This document shows positions 45,928 to 55,412 of a stretch of DNA of 64,000 bases, one piece after another; positions within the stretch are counted from its first letter, which is position 1, and the number at the start of each line of letters is the position of its first letter. This stretch comes from Deltaproteobacteria bacterium (lineage in GTDB: Bacteria > Desulfobacterota > G020345765). The DNA is taken from assembly GCA_020345765.1 (NCBI GenBank), contig CP070770.1, positions 1,130,972 to 1,194,971 of the forward strand. Reading direction: 5' to 3'. Under the pieces are notes generated by a model. It saw nothing but the letters and a program-made list of their open reading frames with translations, searched no databases and was not told the DNA's origin. A program made the translations under genes and the position numbers.

Positions 45928-46887
45928 CTATATCCACCTCACCCTCGCCGGATTGCGCTTGACCAGGCGGGTGTACTTTACATTCGGGTAACCGAGCGTC
46001 ATGGCACCGTAGCACTTCTGGGTTTTGGGAATACCCATCCACTTCTTCAGCTTCTTATTGAAGTTTACCGATGTCTGGAGAAAACCGTTAAAGCAACACC
46101 CGATACCCAGCGTATGGGCCATCAGCGAGCAGTTGTAGAGCGCCGCGGCGCACGAGAAAGCCTGAGTCTCGTCATACTTCTCCCCGGTAACCAGCATGAT
46201 CGCAGGGGCGTCGTAAAAGATCCGGTCCTCTCCCTGCATCTGCCGCTCGTAGAGGAGCTGCATTCCCGGCACGTACCTATTTTTCATCCGCTCCCTGACC
46301 TCATCCCCCATCAAGTGCGAAGAGAACGGCATCGAAACAACCTTCCCGATAAAGGCAAACATCTTCATCACCACCGGGAGGGCGATGGTGCGGAGCTCAT
46401 CGATCTTTTCCGGGTCGGTAATCACGATGTAGTTGATGGTCTGGGCGTTAGTGCCGGTAGCGGTATACCGTCCCGCCTCGAGGATCTTTTCGAGGTCCTC
46501 CCGGGCCAGTGGTTGCTTTTTATATCTGCGCACCGACCGCCGCGAGCGAAAAAGCAGCTGCAGGGCGTTGGGGAACGACGGGGAATCGAGGTGGGAAGCG
46601 GGGATTCCCTCGGGTACGGAAAAAGACTCGATAATAGCATTCGCGGGACACGTTGCCCCGCAATGCCCGCATTTGATACACATTTCCGACCTGACGATAA
46701 CAACCTGGTCGTCCCGCATCTCGTATGCCATCGTCGGGCAGACCTTCAGGCAGATACCGCACTTGGTGCACTTATCCTGGACAATACTCGGGTAGTCCTT
46801 ACCGGGAATACCACTGCTCTGCTGGGTTGAAGTTTTATCATTCATCTGTCGGTTTCCTTTGGTTTTGGGCTCTCCCCATTCTATCAC
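45928..46887 (-). CDS. 2x[4Fe-4S] ferredoxin domain fused to nitroreductase-family domain
   Basis: 319 aa. 'CTKCGICLKVCP' and 'CIKCGHCGATCP', then 'RRSVRRYK...' nitroreductase fold. Confidence 0.88.
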   Translation of the reverse strand: MIEWGEPKTKGNRQMNDKTSTQQSSGIPGKDYPSIVQDKCTKCGICLKVCPTMAYEMRDDQVVIVRSEMCIKCGHCGATCPANAIIESFSVPEGIPASHLDSPSFPNALQLLFRSRRSVRRYKKQPLAREDLEKILEAGRYTATGTNAQTINYIVITDPEKIDELRTIALPVVMKMFAFIGKVVSMPFSSHLMGDEVRERMKNRYVPGMQLLYERQMQGEDRIFYDAPAIMLVTGEKYDETQAFSCAAALYNCSLMAHTLGIGCCFNGFLQTSVNFNKKLKKWMGIPKTQKCYGAMTLGYPNVKYTRLVKRNPARVRWI

Positions 46888-46948
46888 AACAACTCATTAC
46901 TCTCAGTTCCGAAAAGATTAATAGTAAGTCCAAAATAAGGGTCACTCG

Positions 46949-47227
46949 TTATGTTCCTGTTTTGAGTTCTTCTTTTACCTTCTCGGCAAGATAGATTTTC
47001 ATCAGAGATTGGTAGGGGACATCTTTTTGACGGGCAATATTCCTCAATTGCTCGAATAGTCTTTCGGGCAGCCTGATCGAAATGTGTCGGGAAGAAGGCC
47101 GCAGGTTGGGGAAGTATGCTCTTTCTGCTTTTGACCAGTCAATATATTCGGTAGAGTCATGGGTACTCCAAAATTCACGTTCCTCATCCTCGTTTTTAAA
47201 CTTTGGTATCCTCTTCAATTTTTTCAT
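46949..47227 (-). CDS. brnA: BrnA-type antitoxin (CopG/RHH)
   Basis: 92 aa. 'EEREFWSTHDSTEYIDW...ISIRLPERLFEQLRNIARQKDVPYQSLMKIYL'. Confidence 0.85.
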   Translation of the reverse strand: MKKLKRIPKFKNEDEEREFWSTHDSTEYIDWSKAERAYFPNLRPSSRHISIRLPERLFEQLRNIARQKDVPYQSLMKIYLAEKVKEELKTGT

Positions 47228-47510
47228 GGTACACCTTTCTTTCTTTTTTATTCATATTCCGCGCAGAAATAACCCTTATCCTCCCCTTTCGGATAGTGAA
47301 AACAACAAAAAGGAAACGACCCTCGTTTGTTACACCCAAAACAGAAAAACGCTCTTCTTGGGGAGTTCCTCTTTTTTCAATTTTTGTTACTATTGGTTCG
47401 TTAAAGAAGACTTCTTCGCATTCAAGGTGATGGACTTTGTGTTTATCCCAGTTTTTGTCAATATTGCTCTCGTCCCAATCGAAACTTTTACATTCAGTAA
47501 AGGTCTTCAT
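47196..47510 (-). CDS. brnT: BrnT-type ribonuclease toxin
   Basis: 104 aa. 'FDWDESNIDKNWDKHKV...ECEEVF...RIRVISARNMNKKERKVY'. Overlaps brnA by 32 nt. Confidence 0.88.
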   Translation of the reverse strand: MKTFTECKSFDWDESNIDKNWDKHKVHHLECEEVFFNEPIVTKIEKRGTPQEERFSVLGVTNEGRFLFVVFTIRKGRIRVISARNMNKKERKVYHEKIEEDTKV

Positions 47511-47598
47511 TATTGTATATCTATATTATATACATTTCTTCAGGGTCGGTCAAACTTTTTTTACCCATATCCATAATTTATCGTTTTCTACTACTTGG

Positions 47599-48675
47599 CT
47601 AATCATTCTCTGCTAATCTAAGGATAACCTTGACAAGCCCTGCTACTACACGGGCGGTACGGTCATAGTTTACTTTATCAGGGGTGTCGTTAGGGCTGTG
47701 GTAGTAGGAATAGCGGAACGGGGCAGTGTCGGTTACCATTATACCCTTAAAACCTTCCTGCCAGAAAGACCAGTGGTCAGACCAGTCTATACCTACAATC
47801 CAGCCAGGCATGACTGCGCCTTCGCAGGGAAACTCTGTACTTGCCCGAAATAGCTTTACACATCGGCGGACAAGGGAGCCGGAGCCTATATTGCCCACAA
47901 ATGCGACGAAGTTGCCCCTATCCGGGTAGAATAAGCTTATTCCTGGGGGATATCTTTGGCTGCCCGGATTGTCCGAGTAGTAGCCAATCGTCTCTAAGGC
48001 GAGCATAGCCACTACATTTTCGTTGCGCTCGGCACATCTCTTTGCGTAGCGCATACTGCCCATATCGTCAGTTTTAAAGTAAGGCGGCTCTTCATTGACG
48101 AACGCAACAAAGCGTACTGAGCGCGCTGGCCTGTCATCCCTCATCAGACGCGCCAACTCTAGCAATGCCGCAACACCACTGGCGTTGTCGTTAGCACCCG
48201 GAGTACCCATGGCAGAATCGTAGTGCGCGCCGATAACGATTATCTCATCTGCAAGGTCACTGCCGACCTTTACTGCCTCAATGTTACGAACCTCCCGACC
48301 TCTCACCCTGTAGCCCTGGGAGGATACTTCGTAACCCTGCCTGACAAGGTATTGCTCGATGTAATGGGCTGCCTCTTGGAGCTCGGTATATTTCAAGTAT
48401 AAATTGCGTTCACCGATTTTGCTTGCGAGTATATTTACATGTTCTTGAAGCCTGCTCCGCAAAAACTGCTCTTCTTCAGTCATCTGCGGTAGAGGCCCTT
48501 TGAAAGATTTGCCTGGCATCTTAACCATACATCCGATCCCAACTGCTATAACCAGAAGCGGCAATAGAACAGTAATTAATACACGGATCCATTCTTTTTT
48601 CCTTCTTGGTAACACTGTAAAGTTATATTTTTTATTATTCATACCGGATCCGGGATCCATATTTTTATATGTCAT
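47599..48675 (-). CDS. M28-family metallopeptidase (aminopeptidase), membrane-anchored
   Basis: 358 aa. N-terminal TM helix. 'GAHYDS...GANDNASGVAALLELAR' zinc-site motifs. Confidence 0.88.
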   Translation of the reverse strand: MTYKNMDPGSGMNNKKYNFTVLPRRKKEWIRVLITVLLPLLVIAVGIGCMVKMPGKSFKGPLPQMTEEEQFLRSRLQEHVNILASKIGERNLYLKYTELQEAAHYIEQYLVRQGYEVSSQGYRVRGREVRNIEAVKVGSDLADEIIVIGAHYDSAMGTPGANDNASGVAALLELARLMRDDRPARSVRFVAFVNEEPPYFKTDDMGSMRYAKRCAERNENVVAMLALETIGYYSDNPGSQRYPPGISLFYPDRGNFVAFVGNIGSGSLVRRCVKLFRASTEFPCEGAVMPGWIVGIDWSDHWSFWQEGFKGIMVTDTAPFRYSYYHSPNDTPDKVNYDRTARVVAGLVKVILRLAEND

Positions 48676-48712
48676 TTATTATTTAAATTGTTTTCTCAAA
48701 CCACCCATCTTC

Positions 48713-49954
48713 TTACTTAAACCTTTTTGCCCGGGGGCCGGTTATATGGATAGGATTAATTTTTGCTAACAGGCGGGTGACTCCCAGGCTCAGCCGGGGC
48801 AGTATGTCATTTTCCCTGCCCTTAAGCTCGAAATACCGATGGAGCCAGAACTCGGCCATATTATCCGCAGGGGGCTTATGCACCTTCCGCTCCCGTAAGG
48901 TGATGGCCTTTAACTTTTCGCACTTAATGACGCATACCCCTCAGCCGCTACAGCGTTTATAATCTATAACCGCCTCCTTGTCCTTCATGGTAATCGCACC
49001 CATTGGACAAAAATCGAGGCATATCTTAAACCCCTTACACTTCTCCGGGTCAATGACTGCCTCAAAGTGGCTTTGGGTCAGGATATTGGGGCTGTTAAAC
49101 TGTTTCAGTGTGCGCATAATAGCACAGCAGCAGCTACAGCAGGAACAGACGAGTATGGGGTCCCGGGTATTCTCGGTCATGTGGACCAGGCCCGACTCGG
49201 TTGCCCGCATTTTGGCTTCGAGAAACTCCTCTTTGGACACCCTTCGGCCCATTCCCGCTTTAATTGCCCCCTCCGCCGGCAGGCCCATCGTCGAGCAGGT
49301 ATTCTCAAGCCTTCCGCAACCTTTCCCGAGCAGGACCATCCCTTGCCGGCAGGCACAGACATTTATCAGGCATAGGCTTTTCTTACTCCGCTCAACCATC
49401 TCGGAATATATATCGGTAGGAAACGCTATCACCCCCAGCCCGGGTGAGGCCTCAATAGCGCGCTCGACCGAGATGATCCGGCCGTACGGCACCCCGAAGA
49501 TCTGATACCTCTTCGCCACTTCCTGGGAGCACAGCCACTGGTTAAACTCCTCCCAAAACTCCTTGAAAAGCCGGGTGAACTCTTTGTAGAATTCTCCACT
49601 ATCACCCTCCCGCATCTTCTTATCACTCATGAGCATCTGGGCATCATATACCATCGGATACAGGGGCATGAGCCCGTAGAGGGAAACCCCTTTCACGGTA
49701 AAGCCGATGATCAGGACCCGTTCGGCGAGCGACTGCAAGATCGGCTGGACCTCATCCACCGGACGGTTCACCTTTTTCGCAATTGATTTGGGGGACTGCA
49801 TCTTCATCCCGAGCTGGTTGATGATCTCCGCCTCCTCCTCGGTAAAGGTGTAGGCAAGCACATTTAAGAGAGAATCAAGGACGATTATTTCTTTAAATGT
49901 GTCCTTGTGCAGGTATTTTTCAGCCAAGGCTCGGTGGGCAGGGCCTATTTGCAT
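48713..49954 (-). CDS. Cys-rich Fe-S protein with an in-frame TGA at 48941-48943 (selenocysteine candidate or pseudogene); the track ORF is 48941-49954
   Basis: 'CACRQG', 'CSCCSCCC' and 'CKGFKICLDFCP', then 'C-S-G-TGA-G-V-C-V-I-K-C'. The same frame stays open 75 codons to TAA 48713-48715. Confidence 0.6.
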
Positions 49955-50001
49955 CTCGAGTTCCTCTTACTACTTCTGCATTATATTTTGCATTATTTTT
50001 C

Positions 50002-50030
50002 TTGACAAACAGTCGCTTCTTCTCTATATT
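50002..50030 (+). promoter_or_regulatory. sigma70-type promoter
   Basis: TTGACA (50002-50007), 17 nt spacer, TATATT (50025-50030). Upstream of the SnoaL-like gene. Confidence 0.55.
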
Positions 50031-50074
50031 CTCTCTGCGGTTATCTATTAACTTATAAACGAGGAGAATAATTT

Positions 50075-50500
50075 ATGGATGAGAAAAAACTGCAAACACT
50101 CTTAGACCGAATGGATATCATTGACACGAGCATCCGTTACGCCACGGGCGTGGATATGCGCGACTGGGAAATCTATCGTTCCTGTTTCACCGATGAGCTG
50201 GAAGTGGATTTTACGGGGACTCCCGAAACGCAAAATGCTGACGACTGGGTCAACACCGCACGCCAATTAGTGAGTCCTTATACCGCCACTCAGCATATCA
50301 TCACCAACCATAATATAACCATTGACGGTGATGAAGCCACTTGTATTGCCTATCTCCAGGCCCAGCATTACCGTTCCGACGATACCGGTGTCAGTGCCCT
50401 CACCGTCGGAGGCTACTACACGAACAAGTTGGTTCGGACCCCCGAGGGCTGGAAGATCTGTAAATTGAAGCTTACGATCACCTGGACCTTGAACAGCTAA
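50075..50500 (+). CDS. SnoaL-like / NTF2-fold protein
   Basis: 141 aa. 'LLDRMDIIDTSIRYATGVDMRDWEIYRSCFTDE' typical of the SnoaL_4 type. Good RBS gaggag. Confidence 0.8.
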   Translation: MDEKKLQTLLDRMDIIDTSIRYATGVDMRDWEIYRSCFTDELEVDFTGTPETQNADDWVNTARQLVSPYTATQHIITNHNITIDGDEATCIAYLQAQHYRSDDTGVSALTVGGYYTNKLVRTPEGWKICKLKLTITWTLNS

Positions 50501-50520
50501 AACCTTTTTTAGACTGCCCG

Positions 50521-52032
50521 TTAAAGCTTCTGGTAATCCTCCATAACAAGATCTGCCGTGATCCCCCCTCCCGCGATAACCATCGGGACTCCTCCTCCCG
50601 GATGGGTAGAGGCTCCGACCAAATAAAGCCCCTCGATGCATTTCGAGCGATTGGCGGGGCGGAAAACCATGGTCGAAAGAATATCGTTCTTGAGGGCATA
50701 AATCGCCCCCTCGGGGCTGAGCAGCCTGCGTTCGAAGTCCATCGGTGTGGATAAATTCTTGTAAACGATCTGACTTGATATGCCCGGCCATAAGGTTTCT
50801 TCCACAAACCCCAATACCCTATCCATGAATTCATCCCGCCGCTCGTCCCAGGTTCCATGGTCCAGCTTATAGGATCCCATAGCTCCCAGGTTCAGGGCAT
50901 GGTGGCCTTCGGGGGCCAGGGACGGGTCGGTTTCGGTCGGCCAGCACATCAAACAGATCGGCTTTTCGGGGAATTTCCCCGTGAGGAAATACTTGTCCCA
51001 GATATCGTTATGTTCCTGATAGTGTCCCAGCTGGAGGGAGTGATGTGCCCTCAGAGGAACATCGCCCTTGATTCCTAAATAAATCATGGGCATACACATG
51101 GATAGCTCGTAGCTTTTTATGCCTTTTATCACCCTCCGGGGCAGATTCTCTTCCCCGATTAATTTTAAGTATAAAGGCTGAGCATTAATATTGGAGACTA
51201 CCAGCTTGGAGGAAAGCTTGGTGCCATCCTTAAGCACTACCCCCCGAACTTTTCTATTCTCCACGATAACCTTGGTCACCTCGGTATTGAGCCTCAGCTC
51301 CAGGCCGTTTTCCTGACCCACGGCAAGAATTCCTTTGGGGATCGAGATCATGCCGCCCATGGGATAATAGATCCCCTCATGCTCGGAATAGGAGATCGCC
51401 GCATAGAGGCCGGGGCAGAGCTTTGGGGGTAGGCCGATCCAATACGACTGAAAACCCATGATATTCAAAGCGGTCTCCGATTTAAACCATTTTCTAATCA
51501 TGAGTTCGTAATTCAGATAAAAAGCCGGCAGGTATTTACCCATTCCGGACGAACCGGAAGCCATCTTGAGGAAACTTCTCCACGATTGCATGTCGTTGTG
51601 GAGGTATTGAACCATTCCCTGTTCTGCGTTCTGTTTCCAGAATTCACAATAATCGAGCCAGGCCTCCGCGTCTTCGGGACAAACCTTCTTGAAAACCTCG
51701 TAAGTTTCATGAATGTCTCTCGGGATCTCTAAATATTCACCACTTGGGTAACGGAAGGAATAGATTGGGTCGCAGAGGCGGAGGTCGATATAGTCTTCCC
51801 TCTTTTTTCCCAAGCGCTCAAAGATAGCATCTAAGGCGGGTACAAACATCACGATGGAGGCCCCAGTATCGAAATGGAAGCCCTGATCCTCAAAGGTGGA
51901 GCAACATCCACCGATAATGTCACTCTGTTCCAGGATCAGGGTCTTTAAGCCCCTTTTTGCCAGGATAGAGGCGCATGATACCCCTCCACCGCCGGCCCCG
52001 ATTACAATAGCATCATAACTGGATTCACTCAT
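50521..52032 (-). CDS. FAD-dependent oxidoreductase, phytoene-desaturase (CrtI) family
   Basis: 503 aa. 'YDAIVIGAGGGGVSCASILAKRG...LEQSDIIGGC' dinucleotide fold. C-terminal 'GASTHPGGGV'. Confidence 0.88.
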   Translation of the reverse strand: MSESSYDAIVIGAGGGGVSCASILAKRGLKTLILEQSDIIGGCCSTFEDQGFHFDTGASIVMFVPALDAIFERLGKKREDYIDLRLCDPIYSFRYPSGEYLEIPRDIHETYEVFKKVCPEDAEAWLDYCEFWKQNAEQGMVQYLHNDMQSWRSFLKMASGSSGMGKYLPAFYLNYELMIRKWFKSETALNIMGFQSYWIGLPPKLCPGLYAAISYSEHEGIYYPMGGMISIPKGILAVGQENGLELRLNTEVTKVIVENRKVRGVVLKDGTKLSSKLVVSNINAQPLYLKLIGEENLPRRVIKGIKSYELSMCMPMIYLGIKGDVPLRAHHSLQLGHYQEHNDIWDKYFLTGKFPEKPICLMCWPTETDPSLAPEGHHALNLGAMGSYKLDHGTWDERRDEFMDRVLGFVEETLWPGISSQIVYKNLSTPMDFERRLLSPEGAIYALKNDILSTMVFRPANRSKCIEGLYLVGASTHPGGGVPMVIAGGGITADLVMEDYQKL

Positions 52033-52125
52033 AGCCTGCTCCCTTTCTTAGAGTTTAGGTGATAGTCATAAGTATTTGCCCAACTAATTACTACTACTTT
52101 TCCCGACAATTCTTCAGGAAATACT

Positions 52126-55100
52126 CTACCTGGCATTCTCCTTATTGTCAATAATATCATCACTCCGAAATCGGCGCCTGACCCGCTGGACGGAAGATTC
52201 CATGAGGACGAACAGAGCCGGGATGGTAAACAGGGTAAACAAGGTGGATACGGCCACCCCGCCCATAGTAGCCGCGGCAATCGGGATCATGAACTCGGAG
52301 CCGGAGCCGCCGGTAACCTGGGGGAAGATTCCGGCGATGATGGCTAGATTGGTTATCAGGATAGCCCGGAACTTCACCACCGCCGCGTCCTGCACACACC
52401 ATTTGAGGTCTCCGGCGGAGGATCGAAGGTTCTGCAGAGCATAATCGATAATCAGGATAGCGTTATTGACCACGATCCCCACCAGCATCACGATGGCCAT
52501 CATTGACATGATGTTAAAACTTATCCCGGAAAAAAAGAGGGTGAAAAGCACGCCCACCAGGCCCAGCGGGACCGTTACCATAATCGTGAGGGGATGGACA
52601 AAAGAGTTCAGGATCGCCGCCAGCAGCATATAGGTAAGAATAATGGCCAGGATAAAGGCTTCCATGATGTTGGAACTGGTCTCCTCCTGCATCTGCACAT
52701 TTCTGCCGTACCCGTAGCGGTACCCGGGAGGAAACTCGATCTCATCCAGTTTTTTATCTAACAACGCAACATTTTCCATCTGCGATTTTTCCGAGATAAA
52801 GCACTCCATCCCGATATAGCGCTCTTTGTTCTTTCGCTCCAGGCTGGCGATGCCCTTGGTGCGCTCCATGGTCCCGAGGGTGGAGAGTGGTACCAACCCC
52901 CGCATCGTGGGCACCTTGTAGGTCTTTAGGTCCTGGATGGAGTTACGCGCCTCCTCTTCCAGTCGTACCTTGATATCGTATTCCTCCCCGCCCATGCGGA
53001 GTACCCCTCCGTCTTCTCCCTCGATCGAGTTCCGCATCACCATACCTAAAAGAGCATTGGGAACTCCATAATCCGCCCGGCGATAGGCGTCCGGGATAAA
53101 ATGTACCTCATCCTTGGGAACCCGGTATTTATTAAATACCGCCCGGAAGTTACCGATCTCCATGGCCGCATTTCTGACCTTCTGGGAGAGCTCGGCCATT
53201 ATGTTATAATCCGTTCCGTAAACCTCGATATCTATATCCCCCCGCGAACCGGCCTCACCCTCACCATGAGTAACGATCTCCGCTCCCGGGATCTTTGCCA
53301 GTTCTGGCTGGATGTCATACATTATCTCCCGGTCGGAGCGCTGTCTCTCATCCGTGTTTACCAGACGCACGTTGACCGAGGCCCGATCAAAGCCCACGTT
53401 TTCCCCCCCCGCCCGGGCGGTATAATCCCGCATTTCCGGGATTTTGGCCTTTACTACATCCTCAATCTCGGATAAAACCTGGGAAGCTGACTGTTCGGTG
53501 GACCCTTTGGGGAGCTGGGCGGAGATCCGGATAATATTCTGGTCGGTCGCAGGAAATAATTCGGCACCGATAAATTTAAAAAGACCAAAGGAACCGATAA
53601 AAACCGCCAGGGTTGCCAATGAAGTAAAGACCGGGTGGCTCAGCACCCACTTAAGTGAGTTCGAATATCTCTCCTGAGCAGAGTTAATTATCTGTTTAAA
53701 CCGTAAAAGCGGGGCGCGCAGGATCCGGATTAAAAAATTCATATTGCTTTCATCATGCTTTTCTTTCCGAATAAAAATCCCGGAGAGCATAGGAGTTAGG
53801 GAGAAGGAGGCAACGATCGAGAAGATCGTGGCAAAGACGACCGCCAGGCCGAACTGGAAAAAGAACTTGCCCACCATACCGCTCATAAAGGCAATCGGGG
53901 TAAAAACGACGATGTTTGTGCCGGCGGAGGCTAATACAGCAACGGCAATTTCCTTGGTGCCGCCCACCGCAGCCTCCCGGGGAGATTCGCCCTTCTCCAC
54001 ATACCGGGTGATGTTCTCCAAAACCACGATCGCATTAGCTACCAAGGTACCGATGGATATGCCCAAGGCCGACAGGGTCAGGACATTGATCGAGAACCCC
54101 GAGAAGTCCATGAGCAGGAACGCCGAGATAATCGACGTGGGAATCACCACCGCGGCCACAAAGGTGATCCGGATATCCATTAAAAATACCCAGAGCAGGA
54201 GGGCGCAGAGGAAGACACCAAGAACAATATTACTCCGGGCATTAGCGACGGCGTCGCGGATAAATGTGGATACATCCTCGGCAATAAAGAGCCTTGTCCC
54301 TTCCGGGAGAATCTGATTAAGTTCCTCCATCTTAGCATAGGTGCCGTCGGCCACCGCAACCGTGTTGCCGTCGGAGCGTTTATAGATGTCCAGCAAAACC
54401 GCACTCTCCCCGTTATAGCGTACCAGGGATTCGATCTCCTTGCTGCCGTCCTCCACCCGGGCTACATCGGCGATACGAATAACACCGCGCCCGGGTGCGT
54501 TGAAGGTAAGATTGGCTATATCCTCAACGCTCCTTACCTCTCCTTTAAAGCGGACACCAATCTCCCGGGTCTTTTGCTTGATATCACCGGCCGGGATATC
54601 CAGACTCTGCTGCCCCACTGTCGTGAGGAGGTCCATAACCGTAAGGCCGTACTGGGCCATCTTTTCGAGCTTGGCCCAGATATTGATCTGGCGCTGGGCG
54701 CCACCGAGGACCTCGACCTTGGCCACTCCCGAGACCTGACCGAACTGGTCCTTCAGCTTTTTATCCGCCAGCTCGAAGAGCTCGAGACCACTCATTTCAT
54801 CCGACATCAAGGCCACTTTCACTATCGGGAAGCTTAAGGGGTCAAACTTGACTACTATCGGGTCCTCCGCGGCCTCCGGCAGTTCGTGCTTGATCTGCTC
54901 CACCTTATCCTTCACATCGAGGGCCTTGATATCTACATCGGCGTCCAGGTTGAATTCAACGATCGTCCAGGCAAAGCCCTCGTGGATTTCCGAAAAAATG
55001 TCCTCGATATCGGAAATGTTCGAGATCTCATCCTCGATCTTTTCAACGATCTGGCTCTCGATCTCCTCGGGCCCCGCCCCCGGGTATACCGCAATAATCT

Positions 55101-55236
55101 GCACCAAGGGGAAGTCCAGCTCCGGGAAGAGATCGAGCACCATCCGGCGGGCAGATACCAGACCGAGGACCACGAAGACCAGGACCATCATCGCCGTCGT
55201 AACCGGCCTCTGGACAAATGTTTTAATCAATCCCAT
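52126..55236 (-). CDS. RND efflux transporter permease (AcrB/HAE1-type)
   Basis: 1036 aa. 12-TM AcrB architecture. N-terminus 'FVQRPVTTAMMVLVFVVLG'. Confidence 0.95.
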   Translation of the reverse strand: MGLIKTFVQRPVTTAMMVLVFVVLGLVSARRMVLDLFPELDFPLVQIIAVYPGAGPEEIESQIVEKIEDEISNISDIEDIFSEIHEGFAWTIVEFNLDADVDIKALDVKDKVEQIKHELPEAAEDPIVVKFDPLSFPIVKVALMSDEMSGLELFELADKKLKDQFGQVSGVAKVEVLGGAQRQINIWAKLEKMAQYGLTVMDLLTTVGQQSLDIPAGDIKQKTREIGVRFKGEVRSVEDIANLTFNAPGRGVIRIADVARVEDGSKEIESLVRYNGESAVLLDIYKRSDGNTVAVADGTYAKMEELNQILPEGTRLFIAEDVSTFIRDAVANARSNIVLGVFLCALLLWVFLMDIRITFVAAVVIPTSIISAFLLMDFSGFSINVLTLSALGISIGTLVANAIVVLENITRYVEKGESPREAAVGGTKEIAVAVLASAGTNIVVFTPIAFMSGMVGKFFFQFGLAVVFATIFSIVASFSLTPMLSGIFIRKEKHDESNMNFLIRILRAPLLRFKQIINSAQERYSNSLKWVLSHPVFTSLATLAVFIGSFGLFKFIGAELFPATDQNIIRISAQLPKGSTEQSASQVLSEIEDVVKAKIPEMRDYTARAGGENVGFDRASVNVRLVNTDERQRSDREIMYDIQPELAKIPGAEIVTHGEGEAGSRGDIDIEVYGTDYNIMAELSQKVRNAAMEIGNFRAVFNKYRVPKDEVHFIPDAYRRADYGVPNALLGMVMRNSIEGEDGGVLRMGGEEYDIKVRLEEEARNSIQDLKTYKVPTMRGLVPLSTLGTMERTKGIASLERKNKERYIGMECFISEKSQMENVALLDKKLDEIEFPPGYRYGYGRNVQMQEETSSNIMEAFILAIILTYMLLAAILNSFVHPLTIMVTVPLGLVGVLFTLFFSGISFNIMSMMAIVMLVGIVVNNAILIIDYALQNLRSSAGDLKWCVQDAAVVKFRAILITNLAIIAGIFPQVTGGSGSEFMIPIAAATMGGVAVSTLFTLFTIPALFVLMESSVQRVRRRFRSDDIIDNKENAR

Positions 55237-55275
55237 TAATCACCTCAGATTATGCGTAAGCACCCTAATTAGAGT

Positions 55276-55383
55276 AAAAATCAAAAATCAAATATTAAAA
55301 TTACAAAGCAAAATTTAAAAATACTAAGACATTTTGAATTTTAATATGTCGTTTTGATTTTTGCATTTTGATATTTGATATTA
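55276..55383. repeat. AT-rich hairpin element between the MFP and RND genes
   Basis: aaaaatcaaaaatcaaatattaaaattacaaa pairs with ttttgaattttaatatgtcgttttgattttt. Confidence 0.65.
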
Positions 55384-55412
55384 ATGTAACTACTTTTCTA
55401 TATTGAACGGCA

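Noticed and set aside
45889-46830. 313-aa + strand ORF
   Set aside because: It is antisense to the ferredoxin-nitroreductase gene, which carries two clear CxxCxxCxxxCP motifs. The + strand translation is an R/H/L/G-rich mirror frame with no motif.
48881-48902. Hairpin CACCUU-N10-AAGGUG downstream of the in-frame UGA, considered as a SECIS element
   Set aside because: I did not accept it as a SECIS. It starts about 40 nt after the UGA, which is farther than canonical bacterial SECIS spacing as I recall it, and I cannot evaluate covariation. It is kept only as a note inside the Sec-candidate finding.
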